Below, piece by piece: positions 55,730-64,000 of a stretch of 64,000 bases of DNA. This DNA is from Candidatus Hodarchaeota archaeon (lineage in GTDB: Archaea > Asgardarchaeota > Lokiarchaeia > Sigyniarchaeales > SOKP01): positions 5,538 through 69,537 of the forward strand of contig JBHLJZ010000004.1 of the NCBI GenBank assembly GCA_048887165.1, given 5' to 3'. Position 1 is the first letter of the stretch, and every line of letters begins with the position of its first letter. The notes beneath the pieces were generated by a model, which did not search any database, was not told the DNA's origin, and was given only the letters and a program-made list of their open reading frames with translations. The position numbers were made by a program, and so were the translations under genes.

Positions 55730-56183
55730 CTTTAAAAGTCCCCTCCTCTCTAATTGCGGTTGCTAATCGTTCTACAATATCGTCGAAATCTCCGACAGCT
55801 GTTTCTCCTTCTGCGGCTCGAGATGTATATTGATTCACAAACTGATCACTATAACCTAATTCTTTAAACAACTTTTTCATCAATTTAATTCTATGCATTG
55901 ATAAAATATTCCCATTAAAGAAATGACATGCTCCCAAACAACAACCTACACATGCAACTGCATCTGCTCCGTTGCTTAAAGCATCCATAATCTGAATAGG
56001 ACCGACTTGACCAGTACATTGAACTCTAACAATACGAATTGCAGGATTATATGCCATTCGGGCCACACCAGCTGTATTAGCTGAACCTTGCCCACATTCA
56101 TTACACATAAAAACTACAATATTTTCCATTTTTTCGAGCACTTCTGGCTCGATATATTCACATTCACTCATTTTCGCAAACAA
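55719..56183 (-). CDS. mvhD: MvhD/FlpD-type iron-sulfur subunit
   Basis: 154 aa. Motif FMCNECGQGSANTAG...IRIVRVQCTGQV...GADAVACVGC..GACH. Confidence 0.8.
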   Translation of the reverse strand: MFAKMSECEYIEPEVLEKMENIVVFMCNECGQGSANTAGVARMAYNPAIRIVRVQCTGQVGPIQIMDALSNGADAVACVGCCLGACHFFNGNILSMHRIKLMKKLFKELGYSDQFVNQYTSRAAEGETAVGDFDDIVERLATAIREEGTFKDGC

Positions 56184-58194
56184 CGCCTCCGCCTGATATG
56201 GCGATTATTTCATCTAACAGTTGTTCATCACTAAAATTCAAAAGTTGAATTGCTCCTGTAGGACAAGCAGGCATACACATACCACAAGATTTACAGGCAA
56301 CTTCATTCACCATAGGAGTTCCATCATCATTAATTTCAATTGCAGCTGGAGCGCACACTGTTTTACATAGTCCGCATCTAACACATAAATCAAAATCTAC
56401 TGAAGGAATTAACATCTCCTTTTCAATATATCCTCTAACAAGTGGGGCTGCAGCTATAGCTGCGGCATTACCTGCTTGGGCAACAGACTCGGAAATGTCT
56501 TTAGGACCTTGAATTGCTCCTGCTAAGAAAATTCCTCCTTTACTACTTAATGTGGGATTCATTTTAATGTGAAACTCTTTTAAGAACCCTTCTTTCGAAC
56601 GTAATACATGTAACTTTGATCCTAACGGGCCAATTCCCTCGGGCGGAACCATCGCTGCTGAAAGTACGACCATATCTGCTTTTAACTTTAAAGGTGTTTG
56701 ACTTAAAGTATCTTCAACTATAACTCTTAATTCTCCAGTAATAGGATCTCTTAATATTTCAGATGGCCGTCCTCTTATAAATCGGACTCCTACTTCTTGA
56801 GCAGATTTGTATAATTCTTCGAAGTTTAAGCCTGGAGTTCTTACATCAATATAGCAGATTGTAACATCTGTATCAGGATACATTTCTTTAATAATCCTAG
56901 CGTTTTTAATCGCAAACTTACAGCAAACTCCGGTGCAGTATTCATTTCCAACTTGGTCATTTCTGCTACCAACACATTGGATCATTACAATACTTTTTGG
57001 AATCTTTGCATCTGAGGGTCTTAAAATTTGACTATTAGTAAGCGAACCAGGTGCTAACATCCTTTCTAATTTTAATTGTGTAATCACATCGTCATATCCT
57101 TCTTGACCATAATGATAAGCTTCTATTTCAGAAGGATCATATTCATCATAACCTGCAGCAACTACTATTGAACCGACTTTAAATGTTTTAGTTTCTGGTT
57201 GCATATTAAAATCGACTGCTTGAACTGGACATACGTTAATACATGTTTTACATTCAATACAATTATTTTTATCCCTTACATAAGTTGCTGGAATTGCTTG
57301 TGGATAAGCTTTATAGATTGCGTTTCTTATTGACATTCCACTATCCCATTCGCTTGGCAACTCAACAGGACAATTAGCAGCACACTCTCCGCATGAAGTA
57401 CAATTATCCTTAACATAACGAGGCTTTATCTCAACCTCTACTTCAAAATTTCCCATCGAACCCTCGACATTTTTGATATGAGCGTTAGTGTATAGTTCTA
57501 CTAAAGGGTGATTTGCAACCCCATTAGTTAATGGGGAGATTGAACATTGTGGACATTCTAAAGTTGGAAATGTTTTATTCAATTGAGTCATATGACCACC
57601 TATTGTCGATAACCTTTCAATTAAATAAACAGGAATTCCTAATTCAGCTAAATCATAAGCAGAACGAAGTCCAGCAATACCTGCTCCTATAACTAAAGCA
57701 GCTTTAGTGGTAGGAACCTTACGAGTCTCAACATCTTCTAATTTTCTAGCTCTATTTACTCCCGCCTCAACCAGTTTCATTGCTTTTTGAGTAGCTTTAT
57801 CCTTTTCTTTCTGATGAACCCAACTATTAAACTCTCTTACATTTACTTGTTGATGTCTATGTTTGTTAAGACCCATTTCTTCAATAGTTCTTGCAAAAGT
57901 CCTTCCATGTTGATTCTTTGAACAAGATGCGACAACAGTACGATTTACACCTAAATCTTCTATAGAATCTTTAATCATTTGCACTCCTGGTTTAGAACAC
58001 ATAAACATATAATGTTCTGCTCTAACTACATTAGGTAAATCCTTAGCATAATCAGCTACTTTTGAAACATCAACCGTTCCAGCGATGTTATGACCACAAT
58101 GGCAAACAAATACCCCAATTCGGGGTTCTTCGTCAGATTCTATCCCACCCTTGATTTTGTCAGAACTTTTAACTTTTTCTTCTTTGATTGTCAT
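56164..58194 (-). CDS. hdrA: Heterodisulfide reductase subunit A, full-length type (FAD plus multiple [4Fe-4S])
   Basis: 676 aa. N-terminal VFVCHCGHNIAG. FAD motif VIGAGIAGLRSA. Fe-S motifs CTSCGECAANCP, CIECKTCINVCP, CVRCGLCKTVC, and CKSCGMCMPACP. Confidence 0.9.
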   Translation of the reverse strand: MTIKEEKVKSSDKIKGGIESDEEPRIGVFVCHCGHNIAGTVDVSKVADYAKDLPNVVRAEHYMFMCSKPGVQMIKDSIEDLGVNRTVVASCSKNQHGRTFARTIEEMGLNKHRHQQVNVREFNSWVHQKEKDKATQKAMKLVEAGVNRARKLEDVETRKVPTTKAALVIGAGIAGLRSAYDLAELGIPVYLIERLSTIGGHMTQLNKTFPTLECPQCSISPLTNGVANHPLVELYTNAHIKNVEGSMGNFEVEVEIKPRYVKDNCTSCGECAANCPVELPSEWDSGMSIRNAIYKAYPQAIPATYVRDKNNCIECKTCINVCPVQAVDFNMQPETKTFKVGSIVVAAGYDEYDPSEIEAYHYGQEGYDDVITQLKLERMLAPGSLTNSQILRPSDAKIPKSIVMIQCVGSRNDQVGNEYCTGVCCKFAIKNARIIKEMYPDTDVTICYIDVRTPGLNFEELYKSAQEVGVRFIRGRPSEILRDPITGELRVIVEDTLSQTPLKLKADMVVLSAAMVPPEGIGPLGSKLHVLRSKEGFLKEFHIKMNPTLSSKGGIFLAGAIQGPKDISESVAQAGNAAAIAAAPLVRGYIEKEMLIPSVDFDLCVRCGLCKTVCAPAAIEINDDGTPMVNEVACKSCGMCMPACPTGAIQLLNFSDEQLLDEIIAISGGGVVCENE

Positions 58195-59112
58195 TTAAAT
58201 TGCCCCCTCTTCCCTTTTTATTTCTTCTACCCCAAAAATGAAATTTCTGCCCATTAATTGATATTGAAGACCAATAAATTCTTGATCCATACCCATACAA
58301 TAGGCAACAAGCTGAGAAAGATGAATTACTGGATAATCATAATTAAAACTCTTATTTTTGTTCAAATAATCTTGTCCCGTCTCAAATTGTAAATGACAGA
58401 ACGGACAGATATCTAATATAAAATCTGGCTTAACCTCATCGATATTCTTCATTTTTTCGCTAAAAATTGTCATACTTGCATCACCTGAATATGCTTTTAC
58501 TCCACCTCCGGCACCACAGCAAGTAAGTTGTTCTTTGAATCTAACTGATTCTATTCCTAAAGCCTCAACAAATTCTTCGATAATTGTTGGGCCCTCTGAA
58601 CTTTCAATTTCTCTGATTCTAGTTGGTTTTAAAAAGTGACATCCATAATGAATAGCCGCTCTGGCATTCACTTTTCTTATAATATGATCTTCAATTCCCC
58701 AAGGTCCAATTTCGTATCCAAGTACTTCAGCTACGTGTCGGACATCTATCGTACCTTTATATTCGTAATCACCAATTTGTTTAAGCTTCTCATTTACTAA
58801 TTCACGATGTTCTTCATTTTCTTTCAAATGTTTATTTACTTCTTGAAGTGTTCCGAAACATCCATTACATACGGTTAAAATGTCCGCGTCTAATTGTTCT
58901 GCTATACATAAATTTCTCGCTGCTGCTACCATCCAATCAACTTTATTGAAAGAACGGAACACGCCAGGAGCAGGACAACAAGTTGCTTTTTCCATATCCA
59001 AAAGTTCATACCCTAGTTTATCCATAACAAATTTCGTTGATTTTTCTATAGCAGGATATCGATTCGGCATGAGACATCCTAAAAAAAATGCGAATGTATT
59101 TTCTTTAACCAT
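58195..59112 (-). CDS. hdrB: Heterodisulfide reductase subunit B, copy 1
   Basis: 305 aa. Motifs CCPAPG...CNGC and CCGAGGG...CPFC. Abuts the hdrA start with no gap. Confidence 0.9.
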   Translation of the reverse strand: MVKENTFAFFLGCLMPNRYPAIEKSTKFVMDKLGYELLDMEKATCCPAPGVFRSFNKVDWMVAAARNLCIAEQLDADILTVCNGCFGTLQEVNKHLKENEEHRELVNEKLKQIGDYEYKGTIDVRHVAEVLGYEIGPWGIEDHIIRKVNARAAIHYGCHFLKPTRIREIESSEGPTIIEEFVEALGIESVRFKEQLTCCGAGGGVKAYSGDASMTIFSEKMKNIDEVKPDFILDICPFCHLQFETGQDYLNKNKSFNYDYPVIHLSQLVAYCMGMDQEFIGLQYQLMGRNFIFGVEEIKREEGAI

Positions 59113-59115
59113 TTT

Positions 59116-59673
59116 TTATGCCTCCTCTTTATTCTTTTTTTCCTCCTTAACAGGAGGTAAATCGAACATATTTTTTTCAATATTTTTTAAATCTTTATCA
59201 TCTCCTTCCTGCTTGAACTTAAATGCAGTGGGAGGTAGTTCTTCTAAACCTAATTCGACTCTTCTTTTTCTTACTTCGTCATTTATCGGTACTGCATGAC
59301 CAAAGTTTTTTAAATATCCAACAACAGCCCTATGATTAGGTGAAATATTACCCCTTTTCGTAGCATAATTTCTTAATTCCATAATCACATCTGTAGGTCT
59401 TACATCTCTAGGACATCGCTCATAACATTGATAGCATGTTGTACATAGCCAAATATCTGGATCTTCTAATACCGATAAATCTCCAAGAACAACTTTTCGA
59501 ATAATCGAACGAGTTTTTAATGCAGTCCATCTACCACTTTCACAACTTGCAGTACATGTTCCACATTGAATACATTTCATAATATTTGATCTTCTCTCAA
59601 TGTCTTTGAAATATGCTGGATCAAAATCTTCATCCACCATATATTTCCTTTGTTGTTCTTCTGTTTCAGACAT
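59116..59673 (-). CDS. hdrC: Heterodisulfide reductase subunit C, copy 1
   Basis: 185 aa. Motifs CIQCGTCTASC and CTTCYQCYERCP. Confidence 0.85.
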   Translation of the reverse strand: MSETEEQQRKYMVDEDFDPAYFKDIERRSNIMKCIQCGTCTASCESGRWTALKTRSIIRKVVLGDLSVLEDPDIWLCTTCYQCYERCPRDVRPTDVIMELRNYATKRGNISPNHRAVVGYLKNFGHAVPINDEVRKRRVELGLEELPPTAFKFKQEGDDKDLKNIEKNMFDLPPVKEEKKNKEEA

Positions 59674-59718
59674 TTATTATCACCAATTTATTATCTTGAA
59701 AAAAAAAAAAAAATAAAG

Positions 59719-60144
59719 TTATAATGAGACAATCCTTCCACCATCAGCCATCTGTAAAAATGAGGCTGCTCCAACAGGTTCTTCCACGAAATCTAATAGA
59801 TCTTCTCTTTTAATCCCCATTAAATCCATTGTCATTTGACATGGATATAATTTCATATTACCGTTCTCAACAGCTTCCTTAATCATGCCCCATGGATCTT
59901 CAATTCCAAATTTTTTCATCCTTTTCAAAAAGATTTTTGCCCCCATTCCTTTCATAGGAAATGGCATTCCAGCAGCTTTGGGCTTAAATTTCTTTTGTAA
60001 AAGGTTTAAACCCCAGAAGGTAAAGAAAAAATTCATTTTAACATCCATCGCATCCCCTGTGGTGCCTAGGATCATCATCATTCCAAACTTTTCGAATGAT
60101 TTATCCTTTACAATAAAATTTATTGTTTCGGCCATATTTTCCAC
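59719..60144 (-). CDS. DsrE-superfamily protein (DsrE3/COG2210-like sulfur carrier)
   Basis: 141 aa. Motifs MMMILGTTGDA...FFFTFWG and the single conserved Cys context LYPCQMTMDLMGI. Confidence 0.6.
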   Translation of the reverse strand: MENMAETINFIVKDKSFEKFGMMMILGTTGDAMDVKMNFFFTFWGLNLLQKKFKPKAAGMPFPMKGMGAKIFLKRMKKFGIEDPWGMIKEAVENGNMKLYPCQMTMDLMGIKREDLLDFVEEPVGAASFLQMADGGRIVSL

Positions 60145-60283
60145 CTTTTTTTATTTTTTTTGATTTTTTTATTTTTATTTTGTTTTAATTAATTTTTTTG
60201 AAGTCAGCTTCTTGCTAACTTTACCATGATTTTTCTTGATTTTTTAAAAAAATTTTAAATTTAATTTATTAAAATTGATAACT

Positions 60284-60628
60284 TTATATCCACGAGATTA
60301 CTTTTTGACTACTATCTAAAAGGTCTACTAACTCACTATATTCAACAGGCTTTACGTTCCCATGTAATCGCTCAATTGGTATGCCTCGCGCATTCATATC
60401 TGGAATCATAGCATAAACAGATAAATCTAATCCTAACAATTCTTCAATTGCTTTTGGAAATCTTGCATTAATAGTGAAACCAATTACCCCATCATGAATC
60501 AGTACAAATTTGATTTCTGATCCTTTCTGAATTTGAGTCTTTAGAAGAGGTAAAAGTCTCTCTAAATGATTCCCTGTTCTTTCACTAAATCCGAATAAAT
60601 ATAATATATCCAATTTTTTTCCCTCCAT
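60284..60628 (-). CDS. dsrH: DsrH/TusB-like protein
   Basis: 114 aa. Motif VLIHDGV...VYAMIPDMNARGI. Its start ATG overlaps the dsrF stop (TAATG). Confidence 0.65.
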   Translation of the reverse strand: MEGKKLDILYLFGFSERTGNHLERLLPLLKTQIQKGSEIKFVLIHDGVIGFTINARFPKAIEELLGLDLSVYAMIPDMNARGIPIERLHGNVKPVEYSELVDLLDSSQKVISWI

Positions 60629-60996
60629 TAAAATCTAAAACAAACATCAGCTTGTTCTATTAAATCTGCTAATTCGGTTAAATTAATAATTTTAAGACTT
60701 TCATATTCGATAAGATCCTCTTCAGTCATTCCTGCTTCTTTAAGTGCTGAATCCATCACATATAGCTCCAGATCAGATAAATCCGCCATTTCAATTACCT
60801 CATCCATAACATCCATGCCAACAGCGTTTGGTTTAGCATTTTTATTTAGTAGATATACGGCATCTCCTGTAAATACTACTTGACAGCTTATATATTCTCC
60901 TAAGGCTACAAAACCAGATCCAATCCTTATTGCTTCTGCTGCTGAATTCTTGCCAACTGGTGATTGGTCAGTAATAACCACTACTGATTCGACCAT
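60628..60996 (-). CDS. dsrF: DsrF/TusC-like protein
   Basis: Start reassigned to ATG 60996 (MVESVVVITDQSP), 8 nt after GGAGGT. The track start is 61017. Motifs AAEAIRIG...VFTGDAV...LYVMDSALKEAG. Confidence 0.7.
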   Translation of the reverse strand: MVESVVVITDQSPVGKNSAAEAIRIGSGFVALGEYISCQVVFTGDAVYLLNKNAKPNAVGMDVMDEVIEMADLSDLELYVMDSALKEAGMTEEDLIEYESLKIINLTELADLIEQADVCFRF

Positions 60997-61000
60997 TTTT

Positions 61001-61369
61001 CTAACCTCCAGTTCCAAAAACTATTACTTTATCGGTTTCAACTGACCAGTTTGAGAAGTCTCCTAAACCTTCTTCAGTTGCGCCATCAATGAATTCATGT
61101 TCTTTAATTCCAGTCAGACTTACCCATGTGCTACAGCCAGCAACGGGAATTTTATTCTCAAGGCAGAAATCTTGAATTTTTTTTGGAAGGTTTCTAATTG
61201 AAGAACCACTGCTAATATCCTTTTTTAAGTTATAAACGCCTGAACCGTAGAAAAAGAAACCTTTGATTGTGTGTCCTTTTTCTATGATAGCTTTTGACAA
61301 TTCAATTAAAGAATCAACCGCTTCAAACTTATACGGCTCCGTACTAATAAAAAATGTATAAGAAATCAT
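61001..61369 (-). CDS. dsrE: DsrE/TusD-like protein with a conserved active-site Cys
   Basis: 122 aa. Motifs FFFYGSGV and IPVAGCSTW. Confidence 0.7.
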   Translation of the reverse strand: MISYTFFISTEPYKFEAVDSLIELSKAIIEKGHTIKGFFFYGSGVYNLKKDISSGSSIRNLPKKIQDFCLENKIPVAGCSTWVSLTGIKEHEFIDGATEEGLGDFSNWSVETDKVIVFGTGG

Positions 61370-61395
61370 CGTTCGTGCCTCGAATAATCAATACT

Positions 61396-61629
61396 TTATG
61401 CTTTTTTAATAAAGAAAACAACTTGACCGTTATTTTCATTAGTCTCAAGTAATTCATCGCCAGTTTTATGTAATAAAGCAGGAACATCCTTTAATGCCCC
61501 TTTATCATCAACAATTAGTTCTAAGACTTGTCCAGGATTCATCTTTTTTAATTCCTTTTTTGTCATTAATACAGGCATGGGACATTTCTTCCCAACTGCA
61601 TTAAGTGTTATATCAGCCATTTTTTTCAT
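61396..61629 (-). CDS. tusA: TusA-family sulfur carrier, copy 1
   Basis: 77 aa. Motif LNAVGKKCPMPVLMTKKELKKM (CPxP). Confidence 0.8.
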   Translation of the reverse strand: MKKMADITLNAVGKKCPMPVLMTKKELKKMNPGQVLELIVDDKGALKDVPALLHKTGDELLETNENNGQVVFFIKKA

Positions 61630-61663
61630 CCCTTACAGTTATTTTTTCTATTTTTTTAACTTT

Positions 61664-61693
61664 TAATACCAAATTAGTTTAAAATTGGTATTA
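61664..61693. promoter_or_regulatory. 9-bp perfect inverted repeat, candidate operator in the divergent tusA/Lrp intergenic region
   Basis: TAATACCAA (61664-61672), 12-nt spacer, TTGGTATTA (61685-61693). Sits about 35 nt upstream of the tusA start on the minus strand. Confidence 0.3.
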
Positions 61694-61912
61694 TTTATAG
61701 AAAAAAATGCAAACAAATATTTAAATAATAGTTTTTTTTTTTATAATCGTGGAACTTTTTAATAAAAAACCACTAAATTTAGTAAAGATACTAGAGAAAA
61801 AAATTATTAATAAGTAAGAACTATATTTTAATAACTTAAAAAAAAATTTGAGATATTAAATATCAGATTTAAAGTTTTAAATAATAATTAAAACAAAAGC
61901 AAGAGATTTTTT

Positions 61913-62413
61913 ATGGTTATAACAAATGATCTAAATGACTCTTTAGATGATATTGACAGAGAGATACTTGTATTACTACAAGACGACGCAAAGATCACAA
62001 TTAATGAGATTTCCGAAAAAGTAAAAGATCGTTTAGGATTAGACGAACCAAAAAGTGCAACCGCAATTAGAGCCAGAGTAAAAAGGTTAGAAAGGGATTT
62101 AATAAAGAAATACATGGCTATAATTGATTGTAGTAAATTAGGATATCGAGAAATGGTTATTGCCTCCCTTCGAGTGAATTCTCAACAGCCTATTGACGAT
62201 ATAAAAAAGAAAATCGAGGATTTGCAGCAAGTTAAATACGCTTACATCGTAACAGGAGAATATCCCCTTATTGCTATGTTCAAATGTTTAAACCATGAAG
62301 ATGCAATGTCTTTAATCGAAAAATTAAGAAACATGCCAGGGGTAGAAGAAATTAAAACTCAAATTGTCCTAGATAGGATAAAAGAAGACCATTCAATAAT
62401 CATTCCTGAATGA
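61913..62413 (+). CDS. Lrp/AsnC-family transcriptional regulator
   Basis: 166 aa. N-terminal HTH DDIDREILVLLQDDAKITINEISEKV. C-terminal RAM-like domain ...YIVTGEYPLIAMFKC. Confidence 0.8.
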   Translation: MVITNDLNDSLDDIDREILVLLQDDAKITINEISEKVKDRLGLDEPKSATAIRARVKRLERDLIKKYMAIIDCSKLGYREMVIASLRVNSQQPIDDIKKKIEDLQQVKYAYIVTGEYPLIAMFKCLNHEDAMSLIEKLRNMPGVEEIKTQIVLDRIKEDHSIIIPE

Positions 62414-62573
62414 GAACATTAAAAATCTTTTTTGTAAAACCTTTTGGGAATTTTCTGTATGACTTTAGATAAGTTGAATTTTATGATTAGATTTAGAAAT
62501 AAAACTATAAATATATAAAATCCATATATTTACTATTTAATTTAATCACAACGTAAAAAAATAGTGGATATTT

Positions 62574-63335
62574 TTGGAAGTAGTAGACATATTACATGGC
62601 AGTTTTAGTCTGGTCTTTGTTATTATTTCCTTCATTGTCGGATTCACGATACTTTTGAAGTATTTTAAACTTAAAAATCGATTACTTGTATTAGTTGGAC
62701 TCACTTGGATTGGATTATCTTTCCCTTGGCTTCCAGATTTAATTTCATTCCTAATGAGTCTATTTGCACAAAGTACACTCTCAAGAGAATGGTATTTTAT
62801 TATTGGAAACGTGTTTCTTCCAATCGCTTTAATTCCGTGGATGATGGCTTATACAGATATGATCAGAAGAGATAGGAAAAACTTATATATGGGTCTAATT
62901 GTAGTTCTTTGTATTACTTTTGAGATTATGTTTTTCTCTTTATTTTTTATTGATATCAATTTAATAGGTAGTTTAACTAGTGCATTTAGTGCTGATTTTG
63001 GAATCCTTTTGATAGTATTTTTATTCATAACAATGATAATAATGCTTACTACAGGCATTAAATTTGCTCGTGAATCTATTAAATCAGAAAATAAGGAAAT
63101 AAGATTAAAAGGGAAACTTCTTCAGGCAGCATTCATTTTATTTACCATCGCAGCAATTCTAGAAAAAACGGCGAGATCCATTATGTTAGGTCTTGTTTTT
63201 CAAGATCCTACAGATCTTTTGTTACAAGTAATGCTCGCTATAGTACGCACGCTATTGATTCTTAGTGCATTTGGCTTTTATGGTGGATTTCTCTTGCCTA
63301 AATGGATGAAAGAAATTCTTATGAAAAATATATAA
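62574..63335 (+). CDS. Integral membrane protein (about 7 TM), unknown function
   Basis: 253 aa, hydrophobic helices throughout, TTG start. Confidence 0.55.
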   Translation: MEVVDILHGSFSLVFVIISFIVGFTILLKYFKLKNRLLVLVGLTWIGLSFPWLPDLISFLMSLFAQSTLSREWYFIIGNVFLPIALIPWMMAYTDMIRRDRKNLYMGLIVVLCITFEIMFFSLFFIDINLIGSLTSAFSADFGILLIVFLFITMIIMLTTGIKFARESIKSENKEIRLKGKLLQAAFILFTIAAILEKTARSIMLGLVFQDPTDLLLQVMLAIVRTLLILSAFGFYGGFLLPKWMKEILMKNI

Positions 63336-63463
63336 TATTTTTCTTTTTTTTATTATATCTCTTAACTCTTAATTCTGATAAGGATTAATTAAAGAGTACT
63401 TAATTACATTAAGTAGAATAATTACTCAAATTTTCTTTATGATCTTCTTTTCTTTTATACTAT

Positions 63464-64000
63464 TCATTCGCTTAAAGAAATTTTTTTACGCTGTATGATT
63501 ATCAAGCTCACAATACTTACCAATACAAATATAAGGATGATATTTCCAGATGGGATGGCATTTTCAACTATTTTTAATGTTGATATTGTTTGATTGTTAA
63601 CTTTTATTTCTTCTCGTATTAAAATCCCTTTTTCGTTATACGTAAGGATTGCTTGAACATTATTTATTTCAATCGTAATTGTATTACCCTGCACAGTTGC
63701 AGAATAGGGTGTTTGAGATTCAATAAAACCTTTGATTATATTTACATCAACAGGGTCATTTGGAATAGCATAATATCCTCCATAGCCTCCGATCAACAGG
63801 TTTTCCATATGCTGATGATATTGAAAAAATTGCATTGTTTTATTATAAGAAAGTAATTCCTGGTTCTCAAATTCTATAGAATCCATTATTAATATTTCAT
63901 ACTTATTTGTATTGGAATTTAACTTGCTTACGCTTATGTTTATAACTAATACATCGAAAAATTGATATATGTTCTCAATTGAAACGTTGACAGTAGTCAA
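63464..64000 (-). CDS. C-terminal part of a TM-anchored surface protein (5' end probably off-window)
   Basis: The ORF reaches the window edge. C-terminal anchor IILIFVLVSIVSLIII followed by QRKK. Confidence 0.5.
   Translation of the reverse strand: MTTVNVSIENIYQFFDVLVINISVSKLNSNTNKYEILIMDSIEFENQELLSYNKTMQFFQYHQHMENLLIGGYGGYYAIPNDPVDVNIIKGFIESQTPYSATVQGNTITIEINNVQAILTYNEKGILIREEIKVNNQTISTLKIVENAIPSGNIILIFVLVSIVSLIIIQRKKISLSE

Noticed and set aside
2145-59299. Numerous 60-140-aa antisense ORFs in the track (e.g. 2145-2372, 3472-3702, 8321-8656, 16668-17039, 32578-32871, 37210-37545, 52178-52606, 54918-55187, 58880-59299, 59885-60163).
   Set aside because: Each is fully embedded opposite a longer ORF with clear family motifs. 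They have biased S/L/I/F composition, no motifs and no independent start context.
51556-61629. Search for a [NiFe]-hydrogenase large subunit (MvhA/FrhA) to complete an Mvh-Hdr complex.
   Set aside because: No ORF in the cluster or elsewhere in the window has large-subunit length or motifs. The locus should therefore not be annotated as MvhADG-HdrABC.
61852-61864. 13-bp palindrome GATATTAAATATC upstream of the Lrp/AsnC gene, considered as a separate operator feature.
   Set aside because: Pure A/T-rich short palindromes are expected by chance at this base composition. It is kept only as a remark within the divergent-promoter finding.
1-64000. CRISPR arrays, tRNA/rRNA genes, transposases, integrases and prophage blocks.
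   Set aside because: No regularly spaced direct repeats were seen. No GC-rich structured islands of tRNA or rRNA size occur in intergenic regions. No DDE, tyrosine or serine recombinase-like ORFs are present. The only DNA repeats found are intragenic (the TSP3-like tandem repeat and the TIR cassette paralogy).

Overview
This is a strongly AT-rich, densely coding archaeal window of about 56 protein genes. I found no rRNA, tRNA, CRISPR array, transposase or integrase. All family calls rest on motif recognition by eye, because no database search was possible.

The gene content points to an Asgard (Lokiarchaeia-like) archaeon, which is an inference. It includes an archaeal-type MetRS, HdrABC/MvhD, paired Roadblock/LC7 genes, LRR, TIR and PHD-like modules, and sequon-rich type-I surface proteins.

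Layout:
- 1-6.5 kb: a truncated glycyl-radical enzyme lies divergent from an SDR and three paralogous, atypical crotonase genes. An LRR gene interrupts the crotonase series.
- 6.5-9.7 kb: a GH2 glycosidase and a GPH sugar symporter.
- 10.4-19.9 kb: three membrane-anchored TIR-domain proteins. Two share a duplicated TM+TIR cassette on unrelated ectodomains. They converge on a membrane-tethered Nudix fusion protein.
- 20-51 kb: mixed housekeeping and accessory genes. These include an APC permease, a PfkB kinase/radical-SAM activase/CCG Fe-S operon, a penicillin-acylase-like hydrolase, an MBL hydrolase and an M20 peptidase. The block also holds a 1380-aa surface protein, a vWA protein with two PHD-type zinc fingers, and MetRS with a non-AUG start. 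It ends with a possible divergent RtcB-like protein, an AAA+ ATPase, a SagB-like dehydrogenase and a SPASM radical-SAM enzyme.
- 51.5-61.6 kb: a roughly 10-kb minus-strand supercluster, tusA-dsrEFH-dsrE3-like-hdrC1B1A-mvhD-(hydrogenase small-subunit-like)-(FrhB-like)-tusA-hdrC2B2. It is divergent from an Lrp/AsnC regulator.

The two loci I rank as most novel are the TIR/Nudix cluster and the sulfur-relay/Hdr supercluster.
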